64,000 nt of DNA from Candidatus Bathyarchaeia archaeon (GCA_050014495.1 JBEKDF010000013.1:1-64000), one strand, 5' to 3'; counted from the first letter of the stretch, positions 11,093 through 21,924 are shown. Program-made: numbers and translations. The notes: a model not told the origin generated them from the sequence alone.

Positions 11093-11609
11093 TAGACAGC
11101 GAATTATCCCACCGAGAATAAATCATGATCACCCAACACGAAGATTCCACAATAACCAACCCAATACATGAAAATTCCCTTATATCTCCAGGTAAAAACA
11201 CAAAATTCCGAACCACATGCAGACAATACCCAATAAATGAAACAAAATCCCCGCAAATAACGACCAAAATCACCCATGGAGACCCCTACACCCACCTTAG
11301 GAGATGTCACTAGGAAGACATACCCCAAAAAGTTAATTTAGAACAAAAAACACGAATCAGAAAAATACCCATGGAAAGAAAATATCTGGGCAGTTTCCCA
11401 ATAATATTTAAGAAAAAATCGTATCTCGTAAAAATAATTCAGAAGAAATAAGGAATAACTCAATTAATCGAGAAAAATCTACAGGAAGAAAAAACAAAAA
11501 AACGAAGAACCGAAAAAATAATCCTCATGAATGAGAAAAAGGAAAATCGAAATTTAACCAATTGCGCGCGGAATCCAATGGTGGAAGATAGATGAGCAAA
11601 TTAGCATCG

Positions 11610-12854
11610 TCACTCAGAAGTCTTCAGATTTAACGTCTCAGGTATGGTTGCCAGCGCACCACCAGACAGAGCAGTAGACACGATCAGCAGTAGAAGCACA
11701 GAAGTTGGGCTAATATAGTTCCAGAGCAGCCCAGCAGAAGTTGGAACTATTATACCAACCACGCCACCGAAGAGCCCAAGGAGACCACTCCAACTCCCGA
11801 GAAGGCTAATCGGCACTAGCTCCGCACGCATCGCGTTACCAGTAACAATACCCAACGTATAGAATCCCTGAAAGACACCTGCCAATAAAAGTATAAACGA
11901 GCCACCCACCGGCGCGATGGCTAGCAAAACCAGTGATAAGGCATACAGCGGCATACACAGGAACACAATCTTCTTCCGACCAAACCTATCGGCCAACCTC
12001 CCCACAGGAATAGATAGCAGAAGAGGCACCAGCAGAGAAGCTGTGGCCATTCCTCCTATAGTGAATGGGTCAGCCTCCTTCACCTGAGCAGCATAAAGAG
12101 GGATGTATATCGCGTTGAGATAGAAGGGAACCATCTGAATGCTCTGATAAAGGAGAAACCTTTTCACAGCAACCCCCTTATTCAACACCTGCCTGACACC
12201 ATCACGAATACCTAGACCCACCCTTGGACTCAGCCTGCTCTTCGGATTGTTGAAAAACCTCGCAACCAATAGAAACTCAAAGACAATCACTGCAAACTGA
12301 ATATAGAAGAGGGGCCTGATCCCCGCCGCATTCATTCCCCCGGATATTGAGATAACAGCTGCCCCTACAATTGGAGCCAAGATCCCAGAGATCGAAGCCA
12401 AGCTGTCGCAGAGCTGCATACCCACGGCTCTATCCTCGTTAATCAAGGAACTCCCACAGACGACGGGGCATGAAGTCTGATTGACCTTGATCGCTATTGT
12501 AAAGATGAACAACGCTGGGATCGTAAACCACCAGTTCGTGGCTAACCCGAACAGCAGCGAACCAATGGCCATGAAGATGGTTCCGAAGTAAAACGTCCTC
12601 TTGAGCCCATACCTGTCGATTGCCCACCCAGCAGGCAGAGATGTGATAGTTGTTCCCACCCCAGCCAAGCTATTAACTAATCCAACCTGAATAGAGTTGG
12701 CACCCAACGCGATAAGGAATATTGATTGATACTGCTGGACAAGTAGGTTCGCGAAGTTTTCAACCGACCTCCTTATCATGTTGACATTGAAAGCTTTCTC
12801 CTGTTTTGTGAGGAAATGAATTCCCTTAGACAATAAACTCTCTGATTTAGCCAT
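11610..12854 (-). CDS. MFS transporter
   Basis: 12-TM pattern, motif A twice (GWAIDRYGLKR, GRLADRFGRK). Confidence 0.93.
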   Translation of the reverse strand: MAKSESLLSKGIHFLTKQEKAFNVNMIRRSVENFANLLVQQYQSIFLIALGANSIQVGLVNSLAGVGTTITSLPAGWAIDRYGLKRTFYFGTIFMAIGSLLFGLATNWWFTIPALFIFTIAIKVNQTSCPVVCGSSLINEDRAVGMQLCDSLASISGILAPIVGAAVISISGGMNAAGIRPLFYIQFAVIVFEFLLVARFFNNPKSRLSPRVGLGIRDGVRQVLNKGVAVKRFLLYQSIQMVPFYLNAIYIPLYAAQVKEADPFTIGGMATASLLVPLLLSIPVGRLADRFGRKKIVFLCMPLYALSLVLLAIAPVGGSFILLLAGVFQGFYTLGIVTGNAMRAELVPISLLGSWSGLLGLFGGVVGIIVPTSAGLLWNYISPTSVLLLLIVSTALSGGALATIPETLNLKTSE

Positions 12855-13140
12855 GATTTCTCCAGCTTAGTTTGTGTGTAACTTTCCAGGGCCAGGGGGT
12901 CATACTACCATCTCCTCCATCCCTTCAATATAATAATCACGTTTTTGAGCGGAAGTCACCGAACAAATCAGCGATATTTTTCAATATCCAGTAATTTATG
13001 TGTTGTACGGAAATCACTTAAACCATGCGCGCAAAGAATACTTCTCCAAATCCTCGGCTTTTCAGCGGATTATAAGATCAGGAATAACTGTCTGAGACTA
13101 CTATCATAAGTAATAGTGGTTTACATAATTCTATGATCGA

Positions 13141-13668
13141 ATGAGCGACATTAAAACACTCCTCGAAACCAATGAACTTGTACTGAAAAAGAAGATACTC
13201 TCTCTTCGGGAACACTACGACCTACTGGATCGAGAAGAAAGAAAACTCGGCGAAGCTGAGGGCAACTTGTTTCAACTACCCGCTAAATTTAACGTACTCG
13301 ATGTCAAAGGAACCGAGATCCTGCATATAGAGGGAAAGGTTTTCTCACTTCGAAGGCAATTTACCTTTCATGACCCAACCGGAGTCGAGCTAGGAAAAAT
13401 AACTAAGAAGATCGTGAAGCTTATCGGAGAAGAGTTTTGGGTGGAGAATAATGGTGTCGAGTTTATGCGCATTTATGGGAACTTCACCGAACATGATTAC
13501 CAGATGGTAATCAACGGAGTTCAGGTAGCCACTGTACACAGGAATTGGTTCACTATACGCGACCAACTCGGAGTCTCCATCACCGGTGACGTCGATCACA
13601 GGGTAGTTCTCGGGGCAGTCATTGTCATAGAGCACATAGAAGTTACGGAAAAGGAAAACAGAAATTAA
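13141..13668 (+). CDS. LURP-one/scramblase (Tubby-C-like) family protein
   Basis: LKKKILSLRE start, GNFTEHDYQ and WFTIRD motifs, terminal hydrophobic helix. Confidence 0.8.
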   Translation: MSDIKTLLETNELVLKKKILSLREHYDLLDREERKLGEAEGNLFQLPAKFNVLDVKGTEILHIEGKVFSLRRQFTFHDPTGVELGKITKKIVKLIGEEFWVENNGVEFMRIYGNFTEHDYQMVINGVQVATVHRNWFTIRDQLGVSITGDVDHRVVLGAVIVIEHIEVTEKENRN

Positions 13669-13818
13669 ATAACCCTACTTCAAAAAATTCGCTTAAAGTA
13701 GACGCGTCTACAATCATCGATAAAAAAAGTTAAGGCAACGGTACTATTCAAATTTGATGAATCAAGGTAACTGAGAAGGCGTATATAGTGTGAAAGTCAG
13801 TCAGCTCTTTCTAAAAAA

Positions 13819-14661
13819 TTAATAATGTAAATCTTTTAGGTATTTTGATACCTCACCAAAAGGAACACGGAGAATAGCCAAGTCCAACCCCTCCTCCTCG
13901 AATTTCCTCAATTTATCTCTGCACTCCTCAACCGAACCACTAATTGCCACAGAAGTTTTGATCTCAGCCGGGTCGCGACCAACTCTAAGACAAGCATCCC
14001 TCAACTTCCTAAGACCCAATCTGTATTCATCAATAGTTGTTACCCTCATCATATTCCAACCATCGGCGTGTCGAGCAATCACACCCAATATCTTCGGACC
14101 GGCCATTCCCCCCACCCAAATAGGTATTCGCGGTTCCTGAACGGGTCTCGGAAGACAAATTGCATCCTTTACCGAATAATATTTACCAACGAAAGTCGTT
14201 TTGTCTTGTTTCCACATCCTCTTAATTATCTCAAGACCTTCATCTAGCTTCTCTATTCGAACATCAGGCCTCCTTGGAAAAGGAATACTATATGCAACAA
14301 ACTCATACTCAAATCCCAATTTCTTGCCCTCCTTAGCTCTGTTCATTCCGCCAGCTCCAATACCGAACTCTAGACGCCCACTACTAATTTGATCAAGAGT
14401 TGTCGCCATTTTAGCTAGGAGAGCCGGGTTCCTGTTGTTTATATTTAGAACAAGCGTACCCAACCTGATCCTTTTGGTCTCTACCGCTAATGCAGATAGG
14501 ACCGTCCAGCACTCCAAGAACTGTGAATCAGCCTTTGGGGAAGAATGGAGATGGTCAAGCAACCAAAACGATTCCAAACCAGCATTCTCAGCTTCTAATG
14601 CCACGTAGCGAATTTGTTCATAACTTAATCCATCCTGTGTTAAATGTAATCCTAACTTCAA
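13819..14661 (-). CDS. LLM-class flavin/F420-dependent oxidoreductase
   Basis: DHLH, LSALAVETKRIRLGTLV, LAKMATTLDQISSGRLEFGIGAG, PIWVGG, ADGWN. Confidence 0.92.
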   Translation of the reverse strand: MKLGLHLTQDGLSYEQIRYVALEAENAGLESFWLLDHLHSSPKADSQFLECWTVLSALAVETKRIRLGTLVLNINNRNPALLAKMATTLDQISSGRLEFGIGAGGMNRAKEGKKLGFEYEFVAYSIPFPRRPDVRIEKLDEGLEIIKRMWKQDKTTFVGKYYSVKDAICLPRPVQEPRIPIWVGGMAGPKILGVIARHADGWNMMRVTTIDEYRLGLRKLRDACLRVGRDPAEIKTSVAISGSVEECRDKLRKFEEEGLDLAILRVPFGEVSKYLKDLHY

Positions 14662-14795
14662 TTCATTTACCTATTAGTGACAAAATAGTGGATTCTTATT
14701 TATTTTGCGTGTGTTGGGGAATCATATTTGTAAAAAAAGCAACGTGAGGAAGTAGATAAATTCGTTTTTTATATATGACCATACTAAAATATGGA

Positions 14796-15677
14796 TCACG
14801 TTGACTGAGTAGTTTTTTCGAGAACTTTTCGACTGTCTAAGTAATTAATTAGTCTTGGGGCAATCTTCTCCACAACTAAAAAGGCGCATGTCGCATAGAC
14901 TATCCCACCAATAACATCCACTACATAATGCTCTCCAAGATATACGACGCTGAACCATACATTAAAAGGTAACAGTAAAATGGGGAGGACCCTCCGTCCC
15001 TTGATCTTGAGGGCATATAGCGAGATCAGCCATGGATACGCTGCGTGTAGGCTCGGGAATGCTGCGAATGGGTTAGCTTCTATGTAATCGAAGAGAGTCT
15101 TGGAAGCAGTTACCCCTAACGACGAGTAAACCTGGAGTAGGATCCTCACGGCGTTAACACCATACCAAGGGGGTGCTGAAGGGAATATCAAAAACGTCGT
15201 AAGAGCAGCATAAGAGCAGACTAGAAGCGAGGCAACGAATCCCCAGTAATTCTTCGATGAGTATCTCCATAGCATGAACCCGAATGCTATTGGCAATATG
15301 AAGTGAAGGGAGTATAGGAAGGCACAGGTATAGTCTAGCACGACAAACCTGTAATACTGTTGGAGGAAAAGGGAGGGTAGAATTCCAAATAACTTGAAGT
15401 CGGCTTCAGCGAGTTCCTCAATGTGGATGATCCCGCCCAGCTTGTCGGCGAACCCGTAGACGGCTTCGTAAGTAATGAAGAGCGCTACGAAAGGAAACCA
15501 ATCCTTGACGAAGCGGCGGGTCCACCTCATGCCAGCGGCATAGATTAAGAGGAAGACGACGTAAAACTCTGGTCCGGGAACAATATGGTAGTAAAGGAAG
15601 GAGACACCTAAAATCAGTAGGTAAGAGGCTGGGAGAAGCAGCCAGAAACGCCGTATCAACTCCTCGCCTAAACGCAA
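14796..15677 (-). CDS. PAP2-superfamily membrane protein (AUR1/IPC-synthase-like)
   Basis: PSAPPW, AFPSLHA and HYVVDV motifs; multiple TMs. Confidence 0.88.
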   Translation of the reverse strand: MRLGEELIRRFWLLLPASYLLILGVSFLYYHIVPGPEFYVVFLLIYAAGMRWTRRFVKDWFPFVALFITYEAVYGFADKLGGIIHIEELAEADFKLFGILPSLFLQQYYRFVVLDYTCAFLYSLHFILPIAFGFMLWRYSSKNYWGFVASLLVCSYAALTTFLIFPSAPPWYGVNAVRILLQVYSSLGVTASKTLFDYIEANPFAAFPSLHAAYPWLISLYALKIKGRRVLPILLLPFNVWFSVVYLGEHYVVDVIGGIVYATCAFLVVEKIAPRLINYLDSRKVLEKTTQST

Positions 15678-15943
15678 GGTCTCCTTCCCTCCGAGAATGT
15701 ACCCTTAGGGGTAGTACAGTTGGTTATTCGTGACGACGTGTGTTCCTTCGCCTTTATTGGACTCCTATTATGGTGATTGTTGTGATATAAACGATAACTA
15801 TGAGGAAAATGGATAAGTGAATACTCTCCCAGGCTAGCACTCTAGCGCGCACGTGTGTGCTGGAAGAAAAAGTTAGCTCCTGCCTAAAACCTTAGACTAT
15901 TACAAATGTAACGTATCAAACGTGTATATGGGTTAAAATTGTG

Positions 15944-16099
15944 TCACGTGGATTCCTGCTTGGAAACAGGATCCACGGTTATGTTCGTCTTTTTATCGAA
16001 TTTTGTGTGGCACTTTTCACAGTTTGCCATTGGAAATGGTCCTTCGAGGGTCACGAAAACGTTTCCGCAGTTTGGGCATTTGATGGTTATTTTATTCAT
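15944..16099 (-). CDS. Small zinc-ribbon protein (51 aa), absent from the ORF track
   Basis: Translated by hand: MNKITIKCPNCGNVFVTLEGPFPMANCEKCHTKFDKKTNITVDPVSKQEST; two CxxC pairs. Confidence 0.7.
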   Translation of the reverse strand: MNKITIKCPNCGNVFVTLEGPFPMANCEKCHTKFDKKTNITVDPVSKQEST

Positions 16100-16191
16100 T
16101 CATCAATCAACAAGATTCTTTCGCTTCTTCTAATTAAAGTATTTATTGCCTCCTTTGCGCGAATATAATAAAGTGAAGAAAATAGACTCAT

Positions 16192-17253
16192 TCATTTTAT
16201 AGCGTACCTGTTAACGACATCCCAGTCAACTTCGAAGCCGAGCCCTGGAGTGTTCGGAGCAGTGAGGTACCCCTTCTCGGGGCGATATGCGGGGTTTATG
16301 AAGTATGATTCGAGTGGAACCGCGTTTATCTCTACCCACTCACTCCGGTTGTTGCTGAGGCTGAGGTGAACGGATGCGGGGATTCCGGGACCAAAGAAGA
16401 AGCTGTGAGTCGCCAAATCCAGGTTCCACGTATCAGCCAAGGCGAATATTTTTCTGCACGCAGTGATGCCACCGGTCATTATCACATCTGGTTGGACGAT
16501 GTCATATGGGTGCTTCATCATGATGTTCTTGAAGCCGTAATGGGTATACTCATTCTCCCCGCCAGCGATTGGTATATCCGTCTTAGTCCTAAGCCACGCG
16601 AGACTGTCATAATCGTCTACCGGCCAGATGGGCTCCTCAAGCCATGAGAGGTTATACTGTTCAAGCTGGCGCGCTGCCTTCAAAGCCTCCCCAGGTGTCC
16701 AAGCCCCATTGACATCTAACATCACCTCGATGTCGTCCCCAACCGCGTCCCTCACCGCCTTAACGCATGCAACACCATCGTACTTACCTTGGTGTATCTT
16801 AATCCCCGTATAGCCCTCCTCTATCCAGCGCTGACTGACCTTAGCAACCTCCTCTGGCTTCTTATACTCCATGAGACTGGCATACGCTTTGATCCTCGGC
16901 TTACAGAGACCGCCTAACATCTCATAGACAGGTAGCTTCCTCGCCTTACCAATGATATCCCAGAGGGCGATCTCGACACTACTTAGTGCTTGAATAGATA
17001 TCCCTTTGATGCCATGACCGAAGCTGACGTGGTATATCTTGTTCCACAGGCGCTCCACGTGCATTGGATCCTCCCCAACCAAGAGAGGCTTTAGCTGCTG
17101 CTCGATATAACCGCCAACTGCACCATAGGTGTAGGGGATCGCCTCCCCGTATCCCTTTATGCCCTCATCTGTAACGACCTCGACGAGGATGTGTACACTC
17201 CTCCTCTTCGGGTAGGCGGAGAGTGGCTCTGTCTCCCTTAGAGGAATCCACAT
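16192..17253 (-). CDS. Mandelate racemase/muconate lactonizing enzyme (enolase superfamily)
   Basis: KIH, metal ligands LDVN / WLEEP / GGENE, QPDV. Homologous-looking N-terminus extends upstream to ~17283. Confidence 0.92.
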   Translation of the reverse strand: MWIPLRETEPLSAYPKRRSVHILVEVVTDEGIKGYGEAIPYTYGAVGGYIEQQLKPLLVGEDPMHVERLWNKIYHVSFGHGIKGISIQALSSVEIALWDIIGKARKLPVYEMLGGLCKPRIKAYASLMEYKKPEEVAKVSQRWIEEGYTGIKIHQGKYDGVACVKAVRDAVGDDIEVMLDVNGAWTPGEALKAARQLEQYNLSWLEEPIWPVDDYDSLAWLRTKTDIPIAGGENEYTHYGFKNIMMKHPYDIVQPDVIMTGGITACRKIFALADTWNLDLATHSFFFGPGIPASVHLSLSNNRSEWVEINAVPLESYFINPAYRPEKGYLTAPNTPGLGFEVDWDVVNRYAIK

Positions 17254-17311
17254 GGGATAGGTCTTGATGTCAATTATCTTCGTCTTCTTGAACCTCCAGA
17301 AACTACTTATC

Positions 17312-17956
17312 TTATGGAGCTCTTGTAGAAAAAGACTTTATAGGTTCTCCTTCGACGCTCACGACCACGCGTTCGATGAATAGATCTTTACCCGCAGCCC
17401 TGATTGCACGGGATACGAGGCCATTGAGGCCCGAACAGCACGGTACCTCCATGTGAACGATCTTTACGTCTTTGATACTGTTGTAACGGAATATCTCAGT
17501 GAGCTTCTGGAGATAGGCTTGAATGTCGTCGAACTTCGGGCAGCCAATTAAAACCACCTGATCACTTAGTAGGGTGCTCTGCCAGTCTGGACTTGCGACT
17601 GGGACGCAGTCTGACATGATTAAAAGGCCAGTATCCTTGAAAAAAGGAGCTTGAGGATTGATGAGGTTTAGCTGTACGGGCCAATTCCTGAGATGCGACC
17701 TTCTCTTCGGTTTCTTGGACTTGAGGTACTCCTTGGTCGCTTCCTCATCGAAGGCAGGGGCTTCCCGTTGGATGACTCTAATCGCATCCTGTGGACATTT
17801 GCCGAGGCAGGCCCCAAGGCCGTCGCAGTAGACTTCGCTAACGAGTCTCGCCTTTCCACCCTCGATCTTAAGTGCCCCCTCGGCGCACTGCGGGATGCAT
17901 ACCCCGCAACCGTTGCACTTCTCATTGTCGATCAAGACGATCGCCCTCTTGACCAT
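17312..17956 (-). CDS. 4Fe-4S ferredoxin-domain iron-sulfur protein
   Basis: CNGCGVCIPQC and CDGLGACLGKCP, then NWPVQL, GCPKFD, MEVPCC motifs. Confidence 0.88.
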   Translation of the reverse strand: MVKRAIVLIDNEKCNGCGVCIPQCAEGALKIEGGKARLVSEVYCDGLGACLGKCPQDAIRVIQREAPAFDEEATKEYLKSKKPKRRSHLRNWPVQLNLINPQAPFFKDTGLLIMSDCVPVASPDWQSTLLSDQVVLIGCPKFDDIQAYLQKLTEIFRYNSIKDVKIVHMEVPCCSGLNGLVSRAIRAAGKDLFIERVVVSVEGEPIKSFSTRAP

Positions 17957-17996
17957 AAATAGGAAATTTGTGATCGAGATATTAGATACTTCGCTG

Positions 17997-19715
17997 TTAG
18001 AACCCTAGAGCTTTGGACCTCCTATAGAGGTCAACGCCTCCCCTCAGGTTCTTTTCGCTGATTAGGATAGCGGATGGCCTCGCAAAGTAGCTAAGGCCAG
18101 GACCTTCCTCCACTACCTTGACATTGTGCCCACATTTACGTAGACCATCGATGGAATTCAATGGGATTCGGGAGTCGACGAGCGTGTCGAGTCCACTCGC
18201 GTCGACAGTGGGCTCGGAGACTGCTTCCTGCGGGCCCATCCCGAACTCAATCATATTGAGAACGACCTGAAGGTTCCGCTCTATTATACGCCTACTCCCA
18301 GGTGCGCCCTCTACGATGATTGGGGCTCCATCCTTCAGTATCATTAGTGGACCCATGTTCATAACAGGCCTTTTCCATGGCGCGACACTGTTAGGATAAC
18401 CAGCGACAGGTACGAACCACCCCATGGCAGCTGTGAGGTAGAGACCGGTACCTTTCGGGACTACACCGGCTTGGAATCCGGGTGTATGGGTACAGGCTAA
18501 CGCATTCCCCTCAGCGTCGACCACGTTGAAGTGACTTGTCTCACCAACGGATGTGCTCGGAGATGATGAACCCCTATGCATCGGTATCTTCCTGCCCTCA
18601 TGCAACCATGGGTCATGAATAGGAGCATTGAGGTATCTCACCCAAGGCTCCGCTCCACCACTCTGGAACATCGTCATCCCCGAGATTAATCCCCGGATGT
18701 GAGAAGCATAGGAGTCGGACAATAGCCCCAATAGGGGGATGTCAACGTGCTCCCAGTCACCGAGTAGACTGTACCTATCGGCGAAAGCATGGCGTGATGA
18801 CTCAACGAGTATGTTAAGGTACTCTGCTGAGTTGTGTCCAATCTCCTCGAGATTGTAGCCCTCCATGACTTTCATGGCTTCGAGTATGGTGAAACCGCCA
18901 CTAGGGGATGAGGGAGTTGCGACCTCGAGTCCTCTATATTTAATCTGCAAAGGCTGACCCACGGTAGGCTCATAATCGGCGAGATCCTCCGATGTCATCA
19001 CTCCTCCAGCTGCTGCAACTACATCCTCGATTGCCTTAGCCACTACGCCAGAGTAAATTGCATCGCGACCCTCAATCCCAATCCGTCTTAGGAGCTTGGA
19101 GAGGTCGGGCTGCACTATCTTTGTCCCAGGTGCAGCTGGGAAACCACCGGGCAACCAAATGTCGTCTATTGCGGGACACCTTTGGCTCTCACGCATCAGG
19201 GTTGCATTGACAAGCGCTTGGTCCCAGCCAAGGATGAATCCCTCAGAAGCCAGCTTCTGCGCGGGCTCGACAACCTCCGCGAGTGGGAGAGTACCGTAGA
19301 GTTCATGGGCCTTAAGGAAGCCAGCGCAGACCGTAGGAATGGTGAGCGCCTTCCCACCAATACTGTTCTCGTTACCCGCGACTTCGAATATTTTGGTGCC
19401 TCCCGCTGCAGCTTCCCCGACAACCTTGAACATTTCGGGGGAAGCCATCCGTGGTGCCCTCGTGTTGAAGTCAATGGAGACCACACGCCCCTCCTCTGCC
19501 AAGTATGCGACCATGAAGCCGAGACCCCCGAGCCCAGCGAGGTAAGGCTCTAACACAGTGTTACAGAAACCTATAGCGACACCCGCATCAAAGGCGTTAC
19601 CCCCCGCCTTTAGTATCCTAAGACCAGCCTCAGCCGAACCCGGCGTGGAGGCAGTCACCATGCCATTCTCAGCTGTGGTCTCATCTTTAAGGAACCTTAG
19701 AGAGCCCATTGCCAC
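17997..19715 (-). CDS. ggt: Gamma-glutamyltransferase family protein
   Basis: GGNAFDAG, IDFNTRAP, AFADRY, autocleavage Thr in ETSHFNVVD, GAPGS. Confidence 0.92.
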   Translation of the reverse strand: MAMGSLRFLKDETTAENGMVTASTPGSAEAGLRILKAGGNAFDAGVAIGFCNTVLEPYLAGLGGLGFMVAYLAEEGRVVSIDFNTRAPRMASPEMFKVVGEAAAGGTKIFEVAGNENSIGGKALTIPTVCAGFLKAHELYGTLPLAEVVEPAQKLASEGFILGWDQALVNATLMRESQRCPAIDDIWLPGGFPAAPGTKIVQPDLSKLLRRIGIEGRDAIYSGVVAKAIEDVVAAAGGVMTSEDLADYEPTVGQPLQIKYRGLEVATPSSPSGGFTILEAMKVMEGYNLEEIGHNSAEYLNILVESSRHAFADRYSLLGDWEHVDIPLLGLLSDSYASHIRGLISGMTMFQSGGAEPWVRYLNAPIHDPWLHEGRKIPMHRGSSSPSTSVGETSHFNVVDAEGNALACTHTPGFQAGVVPKGTGLYLTAAMGWFVPVAGYPNSVAPWKRPVMNMGPLMILKDGAPIIVEGAPGSRRIIERNLQVVLNMIEFGMGPQEAVSEPTVDASGLDTLVDSRIPLNSIDGLRKCGHNVKVVEEGPGLSYFARPSAILISEKNLRGGVDLYRRSKALGF

Positions 19716-19842
19716 TCGTTACATGAATATCAACGCTATGTAAGAAAGTTACCAGCGGTCAGCCACTTTCATACGCCTCAGCACGCATCAAATCGACTCC
19801 GCTTAAATAGTAGAAGACTATAGAAGCCACCTCTGTTCTTCC

Positions 19843-20445
19843 ATGGAGTCCTCTGATCATAAGCTCTTAAAGAGTGTCGCAGTCTTATGGCTTCTCAACC
19901 AAGGCTGCTTCTTGGCTGATATCGAGGTGCCATTGAGCCAAGTCGGGCTTATCCGCTACACGGAACTAGATAATAAGACAGTGGTGGATGCTATAGGGGT
20001 GGGCCTTCGATTCAATGCGGAGAATGGTAAAAAAGAGGTGTTGGAAAACTTTGACACCTCCTCTCTTGCGGATTCCGAGGCAGGTGAATGTATACTCCGT
20101 GGAGTCGAGGTTAAGGTGTCCCGCGGAGACTTTCACGCCGGCTTTGCATGCAGTGGATGTAATTTTCACTATCTCCTTACACCTCTCCGCCTTCTCGCCC
20201 CGACAGAGGTTCCCCGAGGAGTCGGCCTCATTGAGTTTAACAAATATAAGTGGAGCTGCGAACTCGACGACGCCAATCCAAACCGCCCCTTCAAAATAAA
20301 TGGTCTACGCCTACTGAAGCACCCTACTTACAGAAAATTACCACGTTTCCAAGTTGACGGCGCTATTTCTTACATTGCCAGTAAGACCCTACAGCAAACA
20401 CGTAAAAGAATTCTACAAGACATCGCTTTTAAAGAAGCGAATTAA
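19843..20445 (+). CDS. PD-(D/E)XK-type protein, MmcB-like putative endonuclease
   Basis: E..D..EVKVSRGDF..CNFHYLLTP pattern. Confidence 0.6.
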   Translation: MESSDHKLLKSVAVLWLLNQGCFLADIEVPLSQVGLIRYTELDNKTVVDAIGVGLRFNAENGKKEVLENFDTSSLADSEAGECILRGVEVKVSRGDFHAGFACSGCNFHYLLTPLRLLAPTEVPRGVGLIEFNKYKWSCELDDANPNRPFKINGLRLLKHPTYRKLPRFQVDGAISYIASKTLQQTRKRILQDIAFKEAN

Positions 20446-20505
20446 GGGTGACCCCTATCATAAAAATCTTGAAGATCAGAATCAAAAAACACAAAAGCGC
20501 GATAG

Positions 20506-21924
20506 CTAGAACTCCTCGATTGGGCGAAGCCATTTGCCATAACTAGGCTTGCCTATGACCTGTCCATCCTCATAGAGTACGACTCCGCGAAGTATTGTCA
20601 ACACTGGCGCACCAATACCTTCAATGCCCTCGTATGGTGTGATCTTCTGGATCGTTTTCAGGTCCTCACCCCTGATCTTGAATGGCTTCTCCATGTCAAT
20701 AACCACAACGTCGGCGTCGGCTCCTATATTTAGCCCCCCCTTCTTCGGGTAGACGCCGACGATCATCGCTGGGTTTGTACTAAAAACTTCAACGAGACGC
20801 TCAAGACCAATCCTACCATCGTTCACCGCGTTCAGCATCAAAGGAAGTGTGGTCTCAATTACTACACCACCGCTGGGAGCATCGAATATGTTCTTCCAAC
20901 CCTTCTCTTTCTCTTCCTTAGTATATGGGGCGTGGTCGCTTGCGAGTACATCTATGATTCCGTCATTAAGTGCATCCCATAACTGAGCCTGATCAGCCTC
21001 TGTCCTGAGGGGAGGATCAACCTTCGCGTATGGCCCCCTCTCTTTCATCGTTTCCTCATTCATCAGAAGATAGTTCGTCGATGTCTCACCCGTCGCATCG
21101 ACTCCCCTAATCTGCGCCTCCTCAAGGACGTCGACGACGCTCCCAGCCGTAATGTGACAGATGTGGAGATGCATCCCCGCTTCCTCAGCGAACATCAGGG
21201 CGCGGCTCGCTGCCTCAGCCTCCGCAATGGGTGGACGGAACTCTCCGTGGGCCATTGGATCGACACGCCCAAGTCTCTTCGCCTCCTCAGCCCCCCTGTC
21301 GACTATCACCTGATTCTCAGCGTGAATCAGGCAAGGTAGTCCCTCATCCGCTATGATCTCGAAGTTCTTCCTGAGTTGCCAGTCGTCCGCTGCTAACTCC
21401 TTGAAGCGCGCGATCATGAAACTCTTGTAGGCAACAGCCCCAGCCTTAGCCATGCCACGTAGTTCACCCTCCGAAACCTCGCCAGCGCCCCCCACTAAGC
21501 CAAAGTCAACCAGCGACTTCCTCGATGCGATCTCTTTCTTCTCCTCGAAGGCCTTCACTGTGACGGTGGCAGGGATTGTATTGGGCATATCCATAACCGA
21601 GGTTACGCCTCCAGCTGCCGCAGCACGAGTGCCTGACTCGAAGTTCTCCCTCTCCGGGTTACCGGGGTCCCTGAGGTGAACATGCATGTCCACCATTCCA
21701 GGGAGGATATACCTACCAACAGCGTCTATGACTCTATCAGCTCTAGGTTCACCCGACTTCATGATTCCTATGATCTTACCCTCGTCTATGACGAGGCTCC
21801 CCTCCCATAGACCAGAGGGTAAGACTAGCGTACCGTTCTTTATGACAACATCGACTGGCAATGCCATACACCTGCAATAAGGCGGTACAGAGGGGGAGAT
21901 AACCTTAACCCGGCTAGAAGACAA
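20506..21924 (-). CDS. Allantoinase/dihydroorotase-family cyclic amidohydrolase
   Basis: DMHVHLRDPG, DMPNT, HAEN, HICH, ASDHAP. Start probably MALPV. Confidence 0.9.
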   Translation of the reverse strand: MSSSRVKVISPSVPPYCRCMALPVDVVIKNGTLVLPSGLWEGSLVIDEGKIIGIMKSGEPRADRVIDAVGRYILPGMVDMHVHLRDPGNPERENFESGTRAAAAGGVTSVMDMPNTIPATVTVKAFEEKKEIASRKSLVDFGLVGGAGEVSEGELRGMAKAGAVAYKSFMIARFKELAADDWQLRKNFEIIADEGLPCLIHAENQVIVDRGAEEAKRLGRVDPMAHGEFRPPIAEAEAASRALMFAEEAGMHLHICHITAGSVVDVLEEAQIRGVDATGETSTNYLLMNEETMKERGPYAKVDPPLRTEADQAQLWDALNDGIIDVLASDHAPYTKEEKEKGWKNIFDAPSGGVVIETTLPLMLNAVNDGRIGLERLVEVFSTNPAMIVGVYPKKGGLNIGADADVVVIDMEKPFKIRGEDLKTIQKITPYEGIEGIGAPVLTILRGVVLYEDGQVIGKPSYGKWLRPIEEF

